The position numbers and the translations under genes are program-made. A stretch of DNA of 64,000 nucleotides from Paraspadella gotoi (Eukaryota; Animalia; Chaetognatha), in the NCBI GenBank assembly GCA_051294375.1, contig CM119263.1:27614568-27678567 (forward strand), given 5' to 3'. Positions 36,255-64,000 of the stretch are shown here, piece after piece; within the stretch, counting starts at the first letter, position 1; every line of letters starts with the position of its first letter. The notes under the pieces are model-generated. The model saw only the letters and a list, made by a program, of their open reading frames with translations. It made no database searches and was not told the origin of the DNA.

Positions 36255-37179
36255 TTACGGCAAAATGTTGGTGTTGTGAACGTCGACCTGGTTCTTCTAA
36301 AGTGCCTGAGATAATTTATAAAGGAGTCTACCCTATTGAAGTCAGAGATGAGGTAAACCGATTTAAGTCTTTTTAAGTTCTTATCGTCCATAGACATCGT
36401 CATTGATGTCTATTGAAATAAACTTAGTTAAAAACAAACGTACTACATCTTTTGATTATAATATAATCTTTATTATATATGTAATTGGTACAACCANNNN
36501 NNNNNNGCTATCTAAGCTATATACATATAAGCTATATAATAATCATTCACTTCTTAGATCTTTTAACTGGCTATTGTGGCGAATCCTAAATTCGCCTCCC
36601 GTATAGCTTAGTGAAACTCAGCTCGTCCCATTGGCTTGGACAGCTAAGTTCCGGGTTCAATCCCCTCACGGTCACGCTGGTTTAAGTGTGATGGTGTCGG
36701 CATAAGCGCGCCAGTGACTTGGAATGGTCACTGCAGGTCCAAAGCCCTGATCGCCAGCTCTCGGGAGATGCCTCACTCCCCAGATATCATGCATGTCTCC
36801 CCGTTTCGATACTATATTTTATGATTTTATTTTCTGCTATTTCTCCCGTAATATACCACGCCTACTTCCTTATATGCGTATGTTTTTAAAAAGGAAGGAT
36901 TAATTTTTAATAAAATGGGAGCCTTCAGACCATGGACATTGTCATCTGACCAAACTATGTCGGTGTTTGCATCGATCCCCTGATACGCAGGTGCAAAAAG
37001 AGGCAGAAATCGTTCACTCCTCCAATCTGGAGGTGGCCAATTTGATGGATTCGGACGCGGAGGGCGGGGCGGCCCAAAGCTTCGACTTTGGCGTCGTAAC
37101 GAAGACCTTTCGAGAAAACTTGGAAGCCTTGGAGGAAATTATCGACGTCGCCAATCAGATTAAGATCACCGCCTCAAGA
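36255..37179 (+). CDS. Putative exons of an unidentified gene
   Basis: 36255-36352 (TAKCWCCERRPGSSKVPEIIYKGVYPIEVRDE|gtaaac) splices in phase to 36991-37179 (VQKEAEIVHSSNLEVANLMDSDAEGGAAQSFDFGVVTKTFRENLEALEEIIDVANQIKITASR). GC-rich third positions; no recognised homology. Confidence 0.35.
36594..36805 (+). mobile_element. tRNA-derived SINE-like element
   Basis: Pol III A-box-like TAGCTTAGTG (~36604) and B-box GGTTCAATCCC (~36654), followed by a GC-richer body in an AT-rich context. It does not fold as a clean tRNA. Confidence 0.5.
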
Positions 37180-39726
37180 GTCACGTCGGAGGGGGGAGTG
37201 GATGGGCGGGGATCGGAGGTCGAGAGGCAGTGAAGGTAGGAAAGGTGGGTCGGAGGCGGAAAAGAGGTGAGTGGTTGAGAGTAGTCGGTGGAAATGAAGT
37301 GGGCGAACGTATATAGGGAGACTAACCGGATCGGAATGCTTGCTGAACAAAGTTTGTCTATGGATGATTATAATTTTTTTAACTATCAATGTGAATTGTA
37401 CTGACTACAACGTAATAAAATTTTTTTTCGATTTGAATCAATCACTCATTCTATGATGATGATGTTTATTTAAATATAAGAATTTGAAATCTTATTTTAT
37501 CAGCGAGTACCTTTGTACAACGGTTCACACTGATAAATTTCCAAAAAAACACATACTTTATTGGAAATATCGCACAGTAATTATAGTTGGACCAAACAAG
37601 AATGAGAGATAGTAGAGATAATAACAAGTGTAAGAAAGTGGGGGAAAAAAAGAGCACTTCCAGACATACAGGAAAAAGGCACTTGATGTCGGTCGTACTA
37701 AGTACACCTTGATTAATTTTTTTTTAGCTTTTTTATTAAAAAATTTTAGCACTTGCGTTTATATCATTTTTATTTCAAAGATATTTGAGATATAAAATGA
37801 AACAATTCTTCAAATACTGTATTTGGTAGTGCCTAATTACAAGAATAACCTACGGTAAAAGGAAATTAAATAGCTTTATTATGTTTTATTGCGTGAGGAC
37901 TGTGAAAAAGGAGATGAAATTATTAAATATCAGGGACCAATCTGTGTAATACTTTGCTTATCTCTGGATTCATTACATTCCAATCCTTATCGAGAGTTTA
38001 AATCTCGTTGTCCAGTAACTATTTAAATTCTCGTCAAATCATAACGATAAGATTTTATCTTAATAATCGTAATTAGGTCGTCAATACGTCAATAGGTTTG
38101 AGTTAGTCTTAAATTGTTCATTCAAATTTAACCTCGACTATAACCGTAAAAAGTCTCTAAACATAGATAAATTTGTTTTAAATCATAGTCATTTGAAGTC
38201 GAATGGAACTAAATGTGGTCAGTCGTTTAAGCTCGATTTTCGTGCATTAGGGATTGTGCTGTAACGGTTTTCGGGTTAAATTCACAAGAGGAGACCATTA
38301 ATGATAAAAATCGCCATGCAAGGAGTTTTAGCTATCACGGGCTTATGGTATCTTCTCTATAATGTGCTATTTTGTTTTTCTGTTAATTGTTTTTTTTTTC
38401 TGAACGGTTTTTGCGGGCTTTCTTTCTGACCAGGATTTTTTTTTTTTTTTTAGGAATATCGATGCAAAGGGATAGCAGGTACGAGGTACGTTATTAATAC
38501 GTTGATAGTTTCGATGGATTAACCGATTAACTGCGCGCGACGACCGGGCAAACCATCTTCGGCGATCCGAAGTTACATTGCGCGGTTCAAGCTGACTAAC
38601 ACGACAACAAACAAACTTTTGTATTGTAAAAAAAGAAACGCTTGCGAGGAGACAGGGTTGTGATTCACTGTGAGTGATTCACTTTGTGAACATGGTGCGT
38701 TACGGCGAAACGAAGCGTTGATTCGAAGGATCGATCGTCGACCAGGTCGACTTCGATCCGCGCGGCACGACTCTTCATCAAGCCTGGATGCTTTTTTGAT
38801 TTCGGTTTTTCGGTTTTTTTTTGTTTTTGTTTTCAAACAATTCAACAACTCTCGTTCCCTTTAATTTCGAATTTCGCGGTAACGAGCCCACGGAATTGGG
38901 GTTGTTCACTTAGCTTAAAAAAAAAAAAATCACTTGGCGTCGGTTGCCGCGAAATTCGAAATTATTCATCTTTCAAACTGAAAAAAATGATCCGTTTCTT
39001 GCGCCTTCGGAATAGGAACATTTTATGTCGGTCGGACTGACGGAATATGAATTTTCTGATGAATTTAGTTTTGTTTTCTTTTTCATATTAGGCTGTGAAC
39101 GTCTGTAAAGGACAATAAATGCACGTAAAAAGTTATAAAACTGGATATATCAAGTACCGAAAACTTTAAATGGAATTAATAATTCACCTTTTTCCGTCAA
39201 ATTTATTTGACGTTAGTTATCCTCGGGTGCTGCGAGTTGCCCGTCGGCACCCGTTGATGCATCAGCTTCATGACGCCCTCTTCTCTTCGATGCACCTGTG
39301 AAAACAAAAGGGTAGAGGGTTTGAGATTTCAAACGTGCCAAGTATTTCGAACGGCCTTCATCGTCGAATCTTTTGTCTTCATTTCACGATATATGAAAGT
39401 TGATTTTTATACAATTTTACGATAAGTACAGATTTCTCAAAAAAATTATAATTGAACGAAAACGAAATTTTCTTAGTTGCAAACATTTTTTTTATCCTCG
39501 TATTATTAATTAATTAACATTAAAATTCGACGTATGGCAGCCAAGAATGTTCGGGTGCAATTGCGTATTGCCATTTTGGATTAAAGTGCGAAATATTATG
39601 TTTGATTGACTGCGCTGACCAAAATATCGTCGCTTATAAAGTGGGAGTAAACAGACCCTTGACAGGGTATCCCGCCTGTGCGTTCTAACGGAGGTTAAAG
39701 TTGTGTGTGGTTGCGGGTAATTGCTC

Positions 39727-40062
39727 GGTACTATTTTGCGAAAGCGCCCCATTTTCTGTTCTTCTTCCCTGATTTTAATTCCAATATTTAATTTCAATTT
39801 GTTGTAAAATTTTAAACCTAATCTTTACTCCTAAAAACATGCTACAAACATCCTTAACCTTAATCGATAATCCTAAATCCAAATCCTTAACTTTATCAAG
39901 TAAACCTAAACCATAAACCCTTAAACCCAAATCTATAACCAAATCCTGAACCTTGCGCCGAGGTTTAATCCTTACCTTTTACCCTTAACCTAATTTTTTA
40001 ACCTAAAAACTTACTCAAGTCTAAATTTAAGCTTAAACGGGTCGCTTTTGGAAAATAAGGCC
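39727..40062. mobile_element. MITE with degenerate ~24-bp TIRs and an internal (CCCTAA/CCTTAA)-like telomeric repeat
   Basis: Left end GGTACTATTTTGCGAAAGCGCCCC versus reverse complement of the right end GGCCTTATTTTCCAAAAGCGACCC. Flanks AATTGCTC / AATTAGCTC resemble an 8-9 bp target duplication. Confidence 0.6.
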
Positions 40063-41366
40063 AATTAGCTCTTTTTTGTAAGATAAAAAAAAACAAAAAC
40101 AAAAAAAACAGTGTAGCAGTGGTTTCTCGGTTATGGATTTCTACTTCTACTAAGGTTGACGAACCGATGCAGCGTCATGCATTGTGCACAAAAAGTTATT
40201 GGAACGAAGAAGGGTGAACTATGAACTACCAATCCGCTACGAGGAGAATCTCATTCAAGATCGGACGATTGGCTTATACGTCGAGAAAGATTTTAAAGGA
40301 AATCATTATTCATCATTGGCTGAATCAGCAATTTTTTATGCAGTGAAATCATCGTTCCGTCTTTGGATTTTTCAACAGTGAGATTATTGTTCTCACCGCA
40401 TAAAAAAAAAATTATTCCTTACCCCCTTTCATAGATAGAACCTTATACAATAACTGTCTCTCTTTGTGTCATATTAATCAAATTCAGTAATCTTTGCATT
40501 CAGGATAATGAGTTGACCGAGTTGAGAGCGGGACGCATTGCAAATCTGTCTATGAAAATAGCCCCCACACGAAGTGTGCCAAGTGGGTCATAGAGAATTC
40601 TGACGGTTTCCTTGCTTTCCGAAACTTCATATCCGGCAAGAAACCGGTGGTTTAACCGACCCGTCCCTCTTTTGCCACGACCATTACGACCAGGGTTAGA
40701 CCCCGGAAACATTCTGTTCGAGGATGAAACGTCAGCCAATTTCGGTGCCGATGTCGAGAACTACTTTTTATACCATTCGGACCCAGTAGAACTGGTATTC
40801 CATCTCCCCCGAACTGCAAAATCTTTATAATTAGGCCATCCTGCACGGTAGAATCATCTCTTCAATTTTATCGCTCAAAAGAATCATCTCGATTTCAGGA
40901 ACAACCGTCCCGACGATTCCGTGCCTAATGTCTATGTAAACAATTAACAAGTGTATTGTCCTGCATTACATTCATCCAAGCGTGACAATGCTTTCCTAAA
41001 ATCTAAGCTATTTTAGGGTATTTTGTTTCTCTATTTCATTTAATTTTAACCGACAAATTTTACGAAGTTCGCGACTTGGGGGGGGGGAACGCATGCCTTG
41101 AAAAAAAAATCGGCTCGGTGGTTATTTTTGGGTGGAAGACTATTTTTCCCTATTTATTTTTTGAGCAGGTCAGAGATTAGGAAAGAAAAAAGAAGATTTT
41201 TTTCAACCCTCAACCCTTGGCAATCTAACCCCCCCCCAAAAAAAAAAATATATGAGGGTAGAAAAACCAAATCGTTCCATCGGCCTCTTTATTCGCCCAA
41301 GACGGGGTGAGGCGGGGTGTGTGCGAGCGAGAGAGAGAGACAGAGACAGAGATGGAGTGAAGAAAA

Positions 41367-63794
<22,428 letters not shown>

Positions 63795-64000
63795 CTGATT
63801 GAGGATCAGTTGACAATTGATTGATTTATTGATTGATTGATTGACAATCAGTTACAATTGTAGGAATTATAAATTATAAATTATCAATCCCTTAGATTAG
63901 GATCAGGCTGGTAAAGTTCCCGTCTCGCTTAACTGTTAGGCGACCACAGGGCTAGTAAAAGACCGGACCTTTGGATTGCTAGGCGATTGACTCTCATCCG

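Noticed and set aside
36594-36675. Functional tRNA gene
   Set aside because: A and B boxes are present but there is no convincing acceptor or anticodon stem; treated as a SINE head.
38570-39300. Possible extra C-terminal iGluR exons
   Set aside because: Acceptor-like sites exist, but the M4 exon already has a stop at 41367 and no phase chain could be fixed.

Overview
Eukaryotic (invertebrate animal) genomic DNA from a gapped draft assembly. It is AT-rich, has short spliceosomal introns and is dense in (GA)n/(CT)n and (CGT)n microsatellites, so most of the six-frame ORFs are artefacts. By reading exons and checking splice phases by hand I reconstruct eight genes with a recognisable or partly recognisable product or reading frame. 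(1) Integrin beta (+, 6226-21853) with two alternative transmembrane+cytoplasmic-tail modules. (2) A ~1400-aa divergent endophilin-like gene (Cys-rich N-terminus, BAR, long disordered linker, degenerate SH3) nested antisense in the 10.6-kb integrin intron. (3) An intron-containing Merlin/IS1595-transposase-derived gene lacking the DDE core, head-to-head with (4) Rab GDI. (5) A DDX43-like KH/DEAD-box helicase carrying two CCHC zinc knuckles, with (6) a C19orf81-like gene nested antisense in its last intron. (7) An ionotropic glutamate receptor/IR-like gene (-, starts beyond the right edge), with (8) an SLC35G/EamA transporter nested on the same strand in a 14-kb intron. There are also several small non-autonomous mobile elements. 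All homology calls come from motif recognition, not database searches.
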